Shown: in pieces, positions 37,430-47,505 of the stretch | Numbering within the stretch: position 1 is the stretch's first letter | Layout: every line of letters starts with the position of its first letter | DNA from: Candidatus Microgenomates bacterium | Lineage (GTDB): Bacteria; Patescibacteriota; JACPGU01 | Length of the DNA stretch: 64,000 nt | Assembly (NCBI GenBank): GCA_016188915.1 | Contig: JACPGU010000002.1 | Location: forward strand, 85,287 to 149,286 | Reading direction: 5' to 3' | Program-made: the position numbers and the translations under genes | Notes under the pieces: model-generated | What the model saw: the letters and a program-made list of their open reading frames with translations, nothing else | What the model was told of the DNA's origin: nothing | The model's database searches: none

Positions 37430-40213
37430 CTACATCCCCCAGTTTTTGCCCTCTTTGGTATCCACTATAAGTGGACATTTGAGCTCCAAAACGTTTTCCA
37501 TTATTTTTGAGATTTGAGATTTGAGACCTGCCCCGCCGACAGGATGGTTTGAGATTTTTCCATCGGGAATTTCAAAAACCAGTTCATCATGCACTTGCAA
37601 AATCATCTTGACCTCCGAATTTTTCGAGAGAATCTGCCGGTCTATCTCAATCATCGCCAGCTTAATAATGTCGGCGGCGGTACCTTGGATAGGCATATTA
37701 ATCGCCATCCTTTCGGCAGCTTTTCGAACTTGCACCACCGGTGAGAGGATGTCGGGTGTCGGGCGACGACGCCCGAGCAGAGTCTCCACATGCCCGTGCT
37801 CTTTGGCAAATTCTATCGTGTCATTCAGATAATCACGAACGCCAGAAAAATTTTCAAAATATTGGTCAATAAATTCTTTCGCCTCGGTCGGCGAAACACC
37901 GATAGATTGCGAAAGTCCGAAAGCGCTCATGCCATAAAGAATGCCAAAATTCACCACCTTGGCGGTGCGTCTCTGTTCTTTCGTTACTTTGTCGGCCGAC
38001 ACACCAAAGACCGCTTGCGCCGTCTCGGCATGAATATCACGCCCATCACGAAAAGCTTGGAGCATTTTCTTGTCCCCTGATAGATGCGCTACCACGCGTA
38101 ACTCAATCTGTGAATAGTCAAATTTGATTAAAACATGACCTTTTTCCGCCACGAAAGCGGAACGAATCTGTTGCCCCCATTCTTCAGAAGCGGGAATATT
38201 TTGGAGATTGGGGTCAATAGAGGAAAGGCGTCCGGTGGCCGCAATCGTCTGACTGAAATTGGTATGGATTCTCCCGTCCATGGGATTGACCGCCTTGGGG
38301 AGAGCTTCCAGATAGGTATTTTGCAATTTGGTCAGCTCTCGGTATTCCAAAATCGGCTCAATAATAGGATGCGCGCCTTTCAATTTTTCCAGTTCACCGG
38401 CAGCGGTAGAAAGTCCGGTTTTGTTTTTTTTCACAAACTCGGAAGATATTTTTAGTTTTTTGAAAAGCACTTCCGCGAGTTGTTGGGGAGAAGCGATATT
38501 GAAGTCCTCTCCTGCTAATTGATGGATTTGTTTTTCTGATTTTTTAATTTTTTCCGCGACAACCTGTGATATTTCCTTCAATTTTCCCGCGTCAATCCGC
38601 ACCCCCCACCACTCCATATCGGCCAGCACGGAAAGAAGGGGCATCTCCACATCGTAAAAAAGGTCGTTGGTCTTTCCCGTCAATCTTCCCTTCAAAACCT
38701 CGTAGAGTCGCCAGGTGAAATCCGCGTCCTCGGCGGCGTATTCGGTCGCCTCATTGACATCGGTTTCGGCAAAAGATTTTTGTTTGGCGCCGGCGCCAAT
38801 GAGCGCGGTAATCGGAATCATCTGATGACCAAATTCAATGAAAGCCATATTGTCCAACGAATGTCCGCGTCTGACCGGATCGAGACAGTAAGAAGCGAGC
38901 ATGGTGTCAAAATAAATCCCCGTCATCTTCACCCCCGCTTTTCTGATGGCGAGCATGTCGTATTTGATATTTTGGCCGATTTTTTTTATTTTTTCGTTTT
39001 CTAGAATGGGTCGCAAGGTCTCTAAAACTGATTTTTTCGGCAATTGTTGCCCTTTGCTGTGTCCAACGGGGATATAATATCCCTCGCCCGCTTTCCAGGA
39101 AAAAGAAAGGCCGACCAATTCGGAATCCAGCGCGCCGAGAGCCGATGTCTCGGTATCTATGGCAAATTCTTTCTGCTTTTTTAATTCTTTGAGAAATTCT
39201 CCGAACGACCGCTGGTCATTGACGAGAATATAGTTGTTATTTAATTTCTTAATTTCTTCTTTTTTTAATTTCTTATCAAAAAGGGTCAGCTCATCTTGTT
39301 TACTTACGCTTTTTGATCCCTCGCCCATCAGCTTCAGCAACCTCGGCATTAGCGAGCGAAATTCAAATTTTTGGAAAGTGGCCGTCGCTTTCCCGAAATC
39401 CACATCCGTCAACTCGCACGCGGGCAATACCAATTTGATCGGCGCTTCTCTGTTGATTGTTGCCAATTTTTGCGATAGATAAGCATTTTCTTTATCAGCC
39501 AGCAGTTTTTCCTTCACCGCATCCGAGAACCCAAAATCCTTGCCTCCCACCGCCTCGTAAACGCTATCTAATGTCTGGTATTTTTGCAAAAGGTCGGTTG
39601 CGGTCTTTTCTCCTATCCCCTTCACCCCCGGGATATTGTCCGAAGCGTCACCTCGAAGCGCCTTGTAGTCCACTACTTGCGACGGCGTCAAACCCATCTT
39701 TTCCACCACCCCTTTCTCATCGTAAACGATGGTGTCCTTGATGCCTTTTTTCAAAGTGTAAACGAAAGTATTGTCGTCCACCAGCTGCAAAGTGTCCATA
39801 TCGCCAGTCACAATATAGGTATCCACACCAAGATTTTTTTCGTCAATCTTGGCGCACAATGTGCCGATGATGTCATCGGCCTCAAAGCCCTGTAGCTCAA
39901 AAATGGGGATATTGAGCGAGACCAAAACCTCCTGCGCCATCGGGATTTGTTCGTACAGCTCATCGGGAGCTTTGACGCGAGTGGCCTTGTAGTCGGCGTA
40001 TTCTTCGTGCCGGAAGGTGGGCCCAGCCATATCAAAAGTAGCGGCAATATAGTCGGGCTTGGTATCCTCAATGGCCTTCAAAAGCGTGGAGGTAAAGCCA
40101 TAGACCGCCCCGATAGGTCGGCCGTCTCTGGTGCGAAGATTGGGTATCGCGTGAAACGCCCGATGCACGAGCGCGTTGGAATCGATTAAGAGAAATTTCT
40201 TGTTCTTGGGCAT
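37430..40213 (-). CDS. polA: DNA polymerase I
   Basis: 5'-3' exonuclease (EADD, GDASDNIPG), 3'-5' exonuclease (DTET), DYSQIELR, NFGILYG, QVHDEL. Confidence 0.98.
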   Translation of the reverse strand: MPKNKKFLLIDSNALVHRAFHAIPNLRTRDGRPIGAVYGFTSTLLKAIEDTKPDYIAATFDMAGPTFRHEEYADYKATRVKAPDELYEQIPMAQEVLVSLNIPIFELQGFEADDIIGTLCAKIDEKNLGVDTYIVTGDMDTLQLVDDNTFVYTLKKGIKDTIVYDEKGVVEKMGLTPSQVVDYKALRGDASDNIPGVKGIGEKTATDLLQKYQTLDSVYEAVGGKDFGFSDAVKEKLLADKENAYLSQKLATINREAPIKLVLPACELTDVDFGKATATFQKFEFRSLMPRLLKLMGEGSKSVSKQDELTLFDKKLKKEEIKKLNNNYILVNDQRSFGEFLKELKKQKEFAIDTETSALGALDSELVGLSFSWKAGEGYYIPVGHSKGQQLPKKSVLETLRPILENEKIKKIGQNIKYDMLAIRKAGVKMTGIYFDTMLASYCLDPVRRGHSLDNMAFIEFGHQMIPITALIGAGAKQKSFAETDVNEATEYAAEDADFTWRLYEVLKGRLTGKTNDLFYDVEMPLLSVLADMEWWGVRIDAGKLKEISQVVAEKIKKSEKQIHQLAGEDFNIASPQQLAEVLFKKLKISSEFVKKNKTGLSTAAGELEKLKGAHPIIEPILEYRELTKLQNTYLEALPKAVNPMDGRIHTNFSQTIAATGRLSSIDPNLQNIPASEEWGQQIRSAFVAEKGHVLIKFDYSQIELRVVAHLSGDKKMLQAFRDGRDIHAETAQAVFGVSADKVTKEQRRTAKVVNFGILYGMSAFGLSQSIGVSPTEAKEFIDQYFENFSGVRDYLNDTIEFAKEHGHVETLLGRRRPTPDILSPVVQVRKAAERMAINMPIQGTAADIIKLAMIEIDRQILSKNSEVKMILQVHDELVFEIPDGKISNHPVGGAGLKSQISKIMENVLELKCPLIVDTKEGKNWGM

Positions 40214-40392
40214 AGATTATAGCTTTACTGGCTAGAATCTATTATACTAGATTGTGAAGAATATGAAAATGTCAGAACAGAGTTCCGATTAGCGCGGGAT
40301 AATGACTGTCTATAATACTCAATATACTGCCCTTATGCGAATTGTCTTCGCATAAAAACGAGTTCTGCAAAATTAATTTTTATTTCTTTTTT

Positions 40393-40680
40393 ATGAACAA
40401 TGAGTTACCGCCACACAATATTGAGAAAGGCTTTTCTCAGATCGAAGCCGAGATGAAGAAAAGAGGATTTGTTTATGCTGGATTAGAAAGTTTAACAAAA
40501 TTTAAGTTTAGCGATGGGGCCAAATTCAATGCTGTACCAACCCAAACAAAGGATGATGTTGTCGGCAAGTATATTCAGAAATATAAAAAGGAGGGTGTTG
40601 ATATTGAAATTGAGCTAATAGACAAGACCGGAATGGACGAACGACAACAATCCGTTTATGTATTTATAAGAAAGAAATAA
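40393..40680 (+). CDS. Hypothetical protein, cassette-like
   Basis: 95-aa ORF bracketed by imperfect inverted repeats at 40362-40374 and 40686-40698. Confidence 0.6.
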   Translation: MNNELPPHNIEKGFSQIEAEMKKRGFVYAGLESLTKFKFSDGAKFNAVPTQTKDDVVGKYIQKYKKEGVDIEIELIDKTGMDERQQSVYVFIRKK

Positions 40681-41068
40681 AAATTAACTTCGCAGAACAC
40701 GGCATATCTGGTTCGCTCCTGCCGTCGCTCACTTCTTCGCCCATCATTCTTCGCTTTCAGCTACGAATGACACGGACTACGAAGCGCACAGCGTCCATAT
40801 TTCAGGCTCTTTTCTACATTTAATATTGAAGGGGAGTCAGATACTAACTAGTTTTGGATATAATTGGATATGGTTAAAATATCCGATTAAAAAATTAGTT
40901 TTTTTCTTTTGACATAATATTAACTAAGTGCTGATATAGTTTATATTGCTATTCTTAATGTAAAAATGTAAACTAAAATTAAAGTATTTTTGGCTTGGGC
41001 ATTCACCCCCCCCTAATTCCCCTCTGCCCTTCGCCCAAAACAAAAATTTTACCTGTTCTTTAAAATAA

Positions 41069-41290
41069 TTGACGACAACTGCTGTTAGAAAAATAAAATC
41101 GCGAAAGGATATCACTGTGATTAGCGTAGATGACCTTCTCGACATGATAACAACCGAAGCCATAACACCACTCTCGCACGAGTGTCGCGTTTGTGGTCAT
41201 ATTTTTTCACCAGACGGAGAAGGGTGTCCTGTTTGCGGCAAAAACGGCGTAGCCTCACCTCTTCCCCGCCAAGATCACCAAAACAAGTAA
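41069..41290 (+). CDS. Small zinc-ribbon protein
   Basis: CRVCG...CPVCG; start codon uncertain. Confidence 0.55.
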   Translation: MTTTAVRKIKSRKDITVISVDDLLDMITTEAITPLSHECRVCGHIFSPDGEGCPVCGKNGVASPLPRQDHQNK

Positions 41291-41375
41291 TTCGTCAATC
41301 TGTGGCAACTTGCTTACAAAAAAATATGGCTTTGGCCATATTTTTACTTACTTTAAAAACTTATCCTTAACCATC

Positions 41376-41403
41376 AAAAAGACCTTCTCCGAAGGTCTTT
41401 TTT
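41376..41403. terminator. Bidirectional intrinsic terminator
   Basis: aaaaagaccttc-tcc-gaaggtctttttt between convergent ORFs. Confidence 0.8.
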
Positions 41404-41420
41404 GCGAAAAGCTAGAAATC

Positions 41421-41663
41421 TCACCGAAAATGTCGATGAAACAGCGGGCGACATAATACAAAACGACAACCGCCAGACCTTTCGATCCTGTCAAGATACA
41501 TGCCGACTTTGAGATTGGCTATTCTTAGTTCTCTATCTATTCTTTCGGCAAATTTTGGATCATCTCTAAGCTTTCTTTCATGTTCATTGAGAGCTTTCAC
41601 GATTTCGTTCATCTTTTCTGCCGATAATTCTCCTGACGAAGTTTTTAAAGGTCTTTTTCTCAT
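41421..41663 (-). CDS. Hypothetical protein
   Basis: 80-aa ORF with purine-rich SD region (AAGGAGAGGG) downstream of murE. Confidence 0.55.
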   Translation of the reverse strand: MRKRPLKTSSGELSAEKMNEIVKALNEHERKLRDDPKFAERIDRELRIANLKVGMYLDRIERSGGCRFVLCRPLFHRHFR

Positions 41664-41698
41664 CTTTCCCTCTCCTTAGCAGTAGTTTAACCTTCAAA

Positions 41699-43039
41699 CT
41701 ATCTCAAATATTTCAACACCACTTCACGATCGTTGAAAGGGACTATCTTGCCCATCACATTCATCCCGACCTCCGAACCTTTGCCGGTTATCACCACCAC
41801 ATCGCCATCGCCATGCGCCATCAGCAGAGCTTTCTCTATCGCGTGTTCGCGATTGATAATAATTTCATAATCCTCTCCTTCTTTTTTGTCGTTATCTTTG
41901 AAGCCATTCGCTATCTCTCTTACTATTCCATACGGATCATCAAAATAAGGGTCTTCGTTAGTTAGAATAGAATAATCAGCGTAACCCGAAACCACTTGCC
42001 CCATCGGTGCTCTTTTGCCCTTATCTCTCCCGCCACCACAAGCACCAAAAACAGCTACTATTTTACCTTTGTAAAGCGCTCTAATGGTAGCATAGAGGCC
42101 TCGCAAAGAATCGGGAGTCAGGGCATAATCAATGATGACATCATAGCCTTTTTTGCTAGATAATTTTTCCATTCGACCACTTACTCCCAAAAAATCCCCA
42201 AGATTTGCCGCCAAACTGTCCCAAGAAAAACCCGCCAAATGACCCACTGCTGCTGCTGCCAAAAGATTGTAGACATTTACCTCTCCCAAAAGAGGGGATA
42301 TGATTTCTGCCTTTTCTCCTCCCAGGCTTATATTAAAGGTCAATTCTTTTTGGCTTTGTTTTACATCGCTGGCTAAAATAACTTTTTCGGCAAAAAGAGA
42401 AGGTTTATTTTTTACTGAAAAGCCCATCTTGTAATCAGCGCCAAATTTCAAAAAGCTATCGGCATGCTGATCGTCTGTATTGGCAATGATAGTTTTTTTA
42501 GCCAATCCCGTCGCGGGAAAAGCTATTTTTTTCCTGGCAGATTTACCTAAACTGGCAAATATTTTTTGTTTAGCTTTTTTGTATTTTTCAAAACTGCCAT
42601 GCGACTCTATGTGCTCTGGCGAAAGATTGGTAAAAACCAATATATCAAAATTGATGCCAAAAACACGATGACTTGCTACCCCCTCAGATGACACTTCCAG
42701 CACAGCTACCCGGCAGCCGTTTTTGACCATTTTGGAAAGCATACTTTGCATTCCAAAACGCCCCAGCATTGTATTTTTGGTTTTGTTAATCCATTCTTTG
42801 TTGCCGATTTTAAAATTGGCCGTAGAGATCAAACCAGATCTTATCCCGCCCGACTGCAAAATCCAATGGATAGCATTAACCGTAGAAGTCTTGCCATTAG
42901 TACCGGTTACGCCAACAACCAATAGATTTTTGGAAGGATTGAGGTAAAAAAGAGCCGCCGCCAAAGACCAGGCAAAATAATACCAAGAAAAAACAAATCT
43001 TGGCGTAAAGCGCCGGATAAATTCTTTAATTTTTTTCAT
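41699..43039 (-). CDS. murE: UDP-MurNAc-tripeptide ligase
   Basis: GVTGTNGKTST, EVSS, FTNLSPEHIESHG, GRME, IDYA, GGRDKGKR. Confidence 0.9.
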   Translation of the reverse strand: MKKIKEFIRRFTPRFVFSWYYFAWSLAAALFYLNPSKNLLVVGVTGTNGKTSTVNAIHWILQSGGIRSGLISTANFKIGNKEWINKTKNTMLGRFGMQSMLSKMVKNGCRVAVLEVSSEGVASHRVFGINFDILVFTNLSPEHIESHGSFEKYKKAKQKIFASLGKSARKKIAFPATGLAKKTIIANTDDQHADSFLKFGADYKMGFSVKNKPSLFAEKVILASDVKQSQKELTFNISLGGEKAEIISPLLGEVNVYNLLAAAAVGHLAGFSWDSLAANLGDFLGVSGRMEKLSSKKGYDVIIDYALTPDSLRGLYATIRALYKGKIVAVFGACGGGRDKGKRAPMGQVVSGYADYSILTNEDPYFDDPYGIVREIANGFKDNDKKEGEDYEIIINREHAIEKALLMAHGDGDVVVITGKGSEVGMNVMGKIVPFNDREVVLKYLR

Positions 43040-43118
43040 AATGCTATTCTACCTTTTTTTATAAAAAAAAGAAGCACTCTCGGCTCCCCCCTTAATCAGA
43101 TCAAGCCCAACAGAAACA

Positions 43119-43907
43119 CTACCAGCTTTTGCGTATTAACTCTTTGATTTTTTCTTCACTGGTCCGATAAACATTGTCCGAAAAATAGTAAGCGCCAGCG
43201 TAGGAAGAGAGCAAAATACCTAAAGCAACTACTAAATAGCCCAAAAAATATTGCGAGGAAAAAGAAACGACAAAACCATCGATTATAATAGCAAAGAAAA
43301 ATTTGACCGCAAAATATAGAAAGAAAGTTTTTTTGAATAGAGAGTGCCAGATTTTAAATGGCCAAACATTCAAAAGATAACGCAAGAAAAGATAGGAAAT
43401 AACCGCCCCCCAGATAAAACTCCATAAAACACTGGCGACTAAAGATCCCAGTCCAACATAAAGGATAAAGACATCAGGCAACGCTAAAGCGCCTAAAGCA
43501 CCAAAATTAATAGCTACCTTAGGATAAACTATTTGCCCGCCAAAATACTGAAAAACAAAAGTCAAAATAGTGACGATAGCAAAAGACAGCGCGCCATATT
43601 TGACAGCAGCCAGATAAAGCTCTCTCTCGCCCGGAGATACTTTGAGCAGTTTGAGCAGAGCGTATAAAACATCATCGGCTTTTTGACGATAGTTCCCTGA
43701 GCCACGCAAATGAGCACTAGGGGAAGAAAGGTCATCTGGCTGAATAACTATTTTTTTGTTTTTTTCATCGGCTTCTTCAATGAAAGCCAGCGCTTCTTCT
43801 ATCTCGGAGATAGCAATACCTTGCTTTAACAAGCCCTTTTTTAGCTTTTCGGTGCCATAATCATCTAGATTGTTTCTGATGTAGGCGATTAGTTCGCTGT
43901 CAGGCAT
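43119..43907 (-). CDS. Hypothetical membrane protein
   Basis: Helical N-terminal domain followed by about 4 TM segments. Confidence 0.6.
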   Translation of the reverse strand: MPDSELIAYIRNNLDDYGTEKLKKGLLKQGIAISEIEEALAFIEEADEKNKKIVIQPDDLSSPSAHLRGSGNYRQKADDVLYALLKLLKVSPGERELYLAAVKYGALSFAIVTILTFVFQYFGGQIVYPKVAINFGALGALALPDVFILYVGLGSLVASVLWSFIWGAVISYLFLRYLLNVWPFKIWHSLFKKTFFLYFAVKFFFAIIIDGFVVSFSSQYFLGYLVVALGILLSSYAGAYYFSDNVYRTSEEKIKELIRKSW

Positions 43908-43976
43908 AGGATAAAAATTAGATATTTGCCACTATTTTACCTTTTTTCGTAAAGTTTGGCAAAATCTTGAAAAAAA

Positions 43977-46034
43977 TTATTCCGGACGTAATTTTTCCAT
44001 CTCGGTTAATTGCTTCGGAGAAGTAGTGATAATTTGATCTTCAGTATAGGAAGCAGTCACCTTTATGGCCACATGATTGACCCCGGCAAAAAATAATCCC
44101 TCTCCCACACGCGACTCCAAAAGCAAGGCTTTTTCGCCTTCGGTCAGATTAAAAGTCGTCCCCACAGACTCAATAGAAGCAGGAGACTGTTTCAAAAGAA
44201 GTTGCATGGAAGAGTTCGTTACGATTGCCCGACCATATTTTGAGCCCAAAAAATCTTCCACATCTTGTGTTATGGTAGTCAGTCCCAAAAAATATTTGCG
44301 GGCTCTTTTGGCGATAGAAAAAATGAATTTGGCCGCGTCTTCGTTCTCCATCATCAACCATGCCTCGTCTACTATGAGCATTCTTTTTCTTCTCTCGGCC
44401 CTGACTCTGGCCCAAATGTAATCCAAAATCATATACATCGCAATCGGCCGAAGAGAGGTCTCCAAATCACGGATATTAAAAACCACGAAACCTTTGTGCA
44501 AATCAATATTGGTCGGTTTATTAAAAATCCCCGCGAAAGTACCAGAAACGTATTTTTCCATCCTTTGCGCTAAAGACAAACCATTTTGTGTTCTCAATAA
44601 TAGATTATACAAATCCCCCATCAAAGGAGCAGGGTTTTTTTGTGATTTGGGATCTTTGGTAATTCCCTTACTCATATAAACTTCCAATAGGGAGTGCTCT
44701 ATGATAGCGTCTTCTTCGTTATTCAATTTACCAAGCAGAAGGTTGATTAATCCTTTGACGGTAATAATAGTGGCACGCAAATTATCTTCTCCAATATCCT
44801 CCGTGGCATCATCAGCCAAAGGCGGGACATCAAATGGATTGATACGTTCATTGGAGGAAAGAGAAAAATTCAGATAACTGCCACCCACTATACGACAAAG
44901 ATTTTGATATTCATTTTCTGGGTCAATAACCATCACGTCTACCCCCAACATCATATAGCGCAAAGCTTCTAATTTTACCGCGTAAGACTTACCGCCTCCA
45001 GACTTAGCAAAAACTACTGAATTGGCGTTTTCCAGCTCCTCAAAGCGGTCAAAAATAATCAAGCCACGATTGTGCCTATTGATGCCGTACATGATGCCTT
45101 TATTGCCAGTTAAATCCATGGAAGTGAAGGGGAAGCTGGTGGACAAAGACCCCGTATCCATATTGCGACGAATGTCCAAAAGATCCGCGCCCTGTGGAAT
45201 GGTAGAGCGAAAGCCTTGTGCCATCTGGAAATTGGCCCTTTTGGTGTAGATAAGATTGCCGCCCAAGGTTGTCTCTATATTTTTGGTAATTAGCTCCAAA
45301 TCATCTAAAGTTTTGGCATAAATCGTAAAATAAAGGCAAAAATGAAATAATTTTTCCTCACCGCGCGAGAGTCTGTCGCGCAGATCTTCAATGTCTTGCA
45401 TGGCTGTTTCCAGCTCGGGATTTCTAACCAGACCCTTCTGCGCTTCAATAGACAGGGCAGATTCTACTTGGCCCGATCTTTTACGCAAAGTATCCAGTGC
45501 TCCGCGCGACTCTATCGGATAAATAAACATGCCGATATCAATGGTTTGATCAATATTGATAATGGGAGATAGCCAATTAGGGAAAATGTAGCGCGGATAA
45601 TTAAAAACGAAAAGAGTACGCACATAATAATCGTTAAGCATCAGATAGGAAGGCAAGGCCTGCAAGGAAGAAGGAGAGATTAAGTCACGAATAGAGGCCA
45701 AACCTTTTTCATAAGTTTCCTGCGCTTCTTTTTCTCTTTTTATTTGCTCTTGTTTTTTGTGTTCCGTCTCTTTTTGACGAGCCAATTCTTCAGGGCTCAT
45801 TTTTGGCCCAAACAAAGAAAATCCTTTTGGAGGAGACGCTGGCGATGGTGAAATAGGCGCGGGAGGAGGAGTAACCGGAGCAGGGCTTGGGCTAGAAGCC
45901 TTGGGAGCGCTCTGATAGGCCGAATAGATGCCAGCCGGAGCAGAAACAGGAATAGTAGAAGCAGGCGCGCTTTGTGGCGGCTTGATTGCGTCAAAAGTTT
46001 TTTGATTTTGGTTGTCTGGTTTTGATTCGGGCAT
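43977..46034 (-). CDS. VirB4-like ATPase with Pro-rich N-terminus
   Basis: AKSGGGKS Walker A, IDPENEY, LIVDEAW Walker B, RARKY, TQD. Confidence 0.9.
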   Translation of the reverse strand: MPESKPDNQNQKTFDAIKPPQSAPASTIPVSAPAGIYSAYQSAPKASSPSPAPVTPPPAPISPSPASPPKGFSLFGPKMSPEELARQKETEHKKQEQIKREKEAQETYEKGLASIRDLISPSSLQALPSYLMLNDYYVRTLFVFNYPRYIFPNWLSPIINIDQTIDIGMFIYPIESRGALDTLRKRSGQVESALSIEAQKGLVRNPELETAMQDIEDLRDRLSRGEEKLFHFCLYFTIYAKTLDDLELITKNIETTLGGNLIYTKRANFQMAQGFRSTIPQGADLLDIRRNMDTGSLSTSFPFTSMDLTGNKGIMYGINRHNRGLIIFDRFEELENANSVVFAKSGGGKSYAVKLEALRYMMLGVDVMVIDPENEYQNLCRIVGGSYLNFSLSSNERINPFDVPPLADDATEDIGEDNLRATIITVKGLINLLLGKLNNEEDAIIEHSLLEVYMSKGITKDPKSQKNPAPLMGDLYNLLLRTQNGLSLAQRMEKYVSGTFAGIFNKPTNIDLHKGFVVFNIRDLETSLRPIAMYMILDYIWARVRAERRKRMLIVDEAWLMMENEDAAKFIFSIAKRARKYFLGLTTITQDVEDFLGSKYGRAIVTNSSMQLLLKQSPASIESVGTTFNLTEGEKALLLESRVGEGLFFAGVNHVAIKVTASYTEDQIITTSPKQLTEMEKLRPE

Positions 46035-46069
46035 AATCTCTCCACGATCTAACAATATAACGATTTTAT

Positions 46070-46798
46070 TTATCCTATCTCCATCTCTTCTGGCAATTTT
46101 TCTATAATCTCGGCCTCCATCTGCGAAGGATCAATTAATTTTTGCGTCACCGCCTGATCGGGATTGTAGGTGCCATAAAAAAGCTCAATTAGGTCCTGGC
46201 TGACTAATTGCGAGATTTTTATACCCACTCCCTGCAAACCACTGGCCGTAGTAGCTACTTTTTGCATCAAATATTTTCTTTCATCAACAAAATTATTTAC
46301 AGCCACCGTCCCTTTGGCCCCAAAAAATCGACTCATTCCACCAATCTTGGCTACTCCGGCAGGATAATGGGAAATAACTACAAAAAATCTTTTTTGCATA
46401 ATGTTGGATTGCGTAATCAGCTCGCGAACATAATTAATATATTCTGCCATCTGCGTTCGCAAAAGCTCATTGGATTCTTGGTTTTTTCTTTCCTCAATAG
46501 TTTTCAAATAAACATCCAAATCCAGTCTCCTGGATTGCAATACTATCTGAATAGGAAAATCCAAAGAATTCAAAAAGCTTTGATAGCCATAAATAATAGA
46601 GTCGCGCTCTATCTCTGATTTCAATTCAAAATTGACTGCCGAACACATCAAAACAGCCTTCATACTACCGTCTTTTAGGATCAGAATGCCTTCGCGTATT
46701 TGATCAATATCTAAAAAAGACTGAGTGGCTGTGCTTTTTGCGGTCGATGCTTCCAGCGACGGATTGGTAATATTTTTTTGTGTTTTATTATCTGCCAT
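46070..46798 (-). CDS. VirB4-associated protein (TraC/TraE N-terminal-like)
   Basis: NFELKSE.E...YQSFLNSLDFPIQI..QSR; lies between PrgI and VirB4 genes. Confidence 0.7.
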   Translation of the reverse strand: MADNKTQKNITNPSLEASTAKSTATQSFLDIDQIREGILILKDGSMKAVLMCSAVNFELKSEIERDSIIYGYQSFLNSLDFPIQIVLQSRRLDLDVYLKTIEERKNQESNELLRTQMAEYINYVRELITQSNIMQKRFFVVISHYPAGVAKIGGMSRFFGAKGTVAVNNFVDERKYLMQKVATTASGLQGVGIKISQLVSQDLIELFYGTYNPDQAVTQKLIDPSQMEAEIIEKLPEEMEIG

Positions 46799-46851
46799 CA
46801 GAATATTTGATTATTTGCCTACTTGATTAGTTGATTACTTGTTTGCTCCTA

Positions 46852-47478
46852 TCATTTCTTTGCTATCACGCCAGACAATGATGCCGCCAGATCTCGGAAG
46901 TCAGTGGTCTCTCTAGGGGTCACTGTCACATTTTCCAAAGCTTGCTCCAGGTCAGAAAAAACATCCTCCAAATCTTCTTCTATATTAGCATCTGCCACCG
47001 GGGCATTGGCAACTCCAACAATACGATCGGGGCTTATGCTACCACCTACCGCTCCGTGCGTATCCATAATGGTAGCCAATTCCGCCAAACGTGACTCTAT
47101 TATCCCGCTAGCCGCTTGACGGGCAATACCTTTTTTAGATTCTTCTGATTCAACCACTGACTGAGTTACCATATTTTTTACCCTTACCGATTTTTGCCAA
47201 GTTTTAATCTTCGGCTCTATAGTAAAAGCAGTAAAGAAAAGTAAAAAGTCCAAAAATGGCCTCTCATTAATTTTGACAAAGATCAAAGCGAAGCTCAAAG
47301 TAACCACCGGCAAAGCCAAAATAATGAAAAGGAGAAAGTTAGTAGAAGCAATAGCCAGATAAAGGACATAGGTAATCGCGCCACCCCCCACCATATACAA
47401 AAATTGCTTGAGCGTAAAGGGCCCGAATATTTTGTCTTCAATATCTATATTTTGCGGTATTTTATAATTGTCTTGCAT
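46852..47478 (-). CDS. PrgI family protein
   Basis: IPQNIDIEDKIFGPFTLKQF followed by two TMs. Confidence 0.85.
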   Translation of the reverse strand: MQDNYKIPQNIDIEDKIFGPFTLKQFLYMVGGGAITYVLYLAIASTNFLLFIILALPVVTLSFALIFVKINERPFLDFLLFFTAFTIEPKIKTWQKSVRVKNMVTQSVVESEESKKGIARQAASGIIESRLAELATIMDTHGAVGGSISPDRIVGVANAPVADANIEEDLEDVFSDLEQALENVTVTPRETTDFRDLAASLSGVIAKK

Positions 47479-47505
47479 AAAAATTAACTAAAATCATTAC
47501 CTCGT

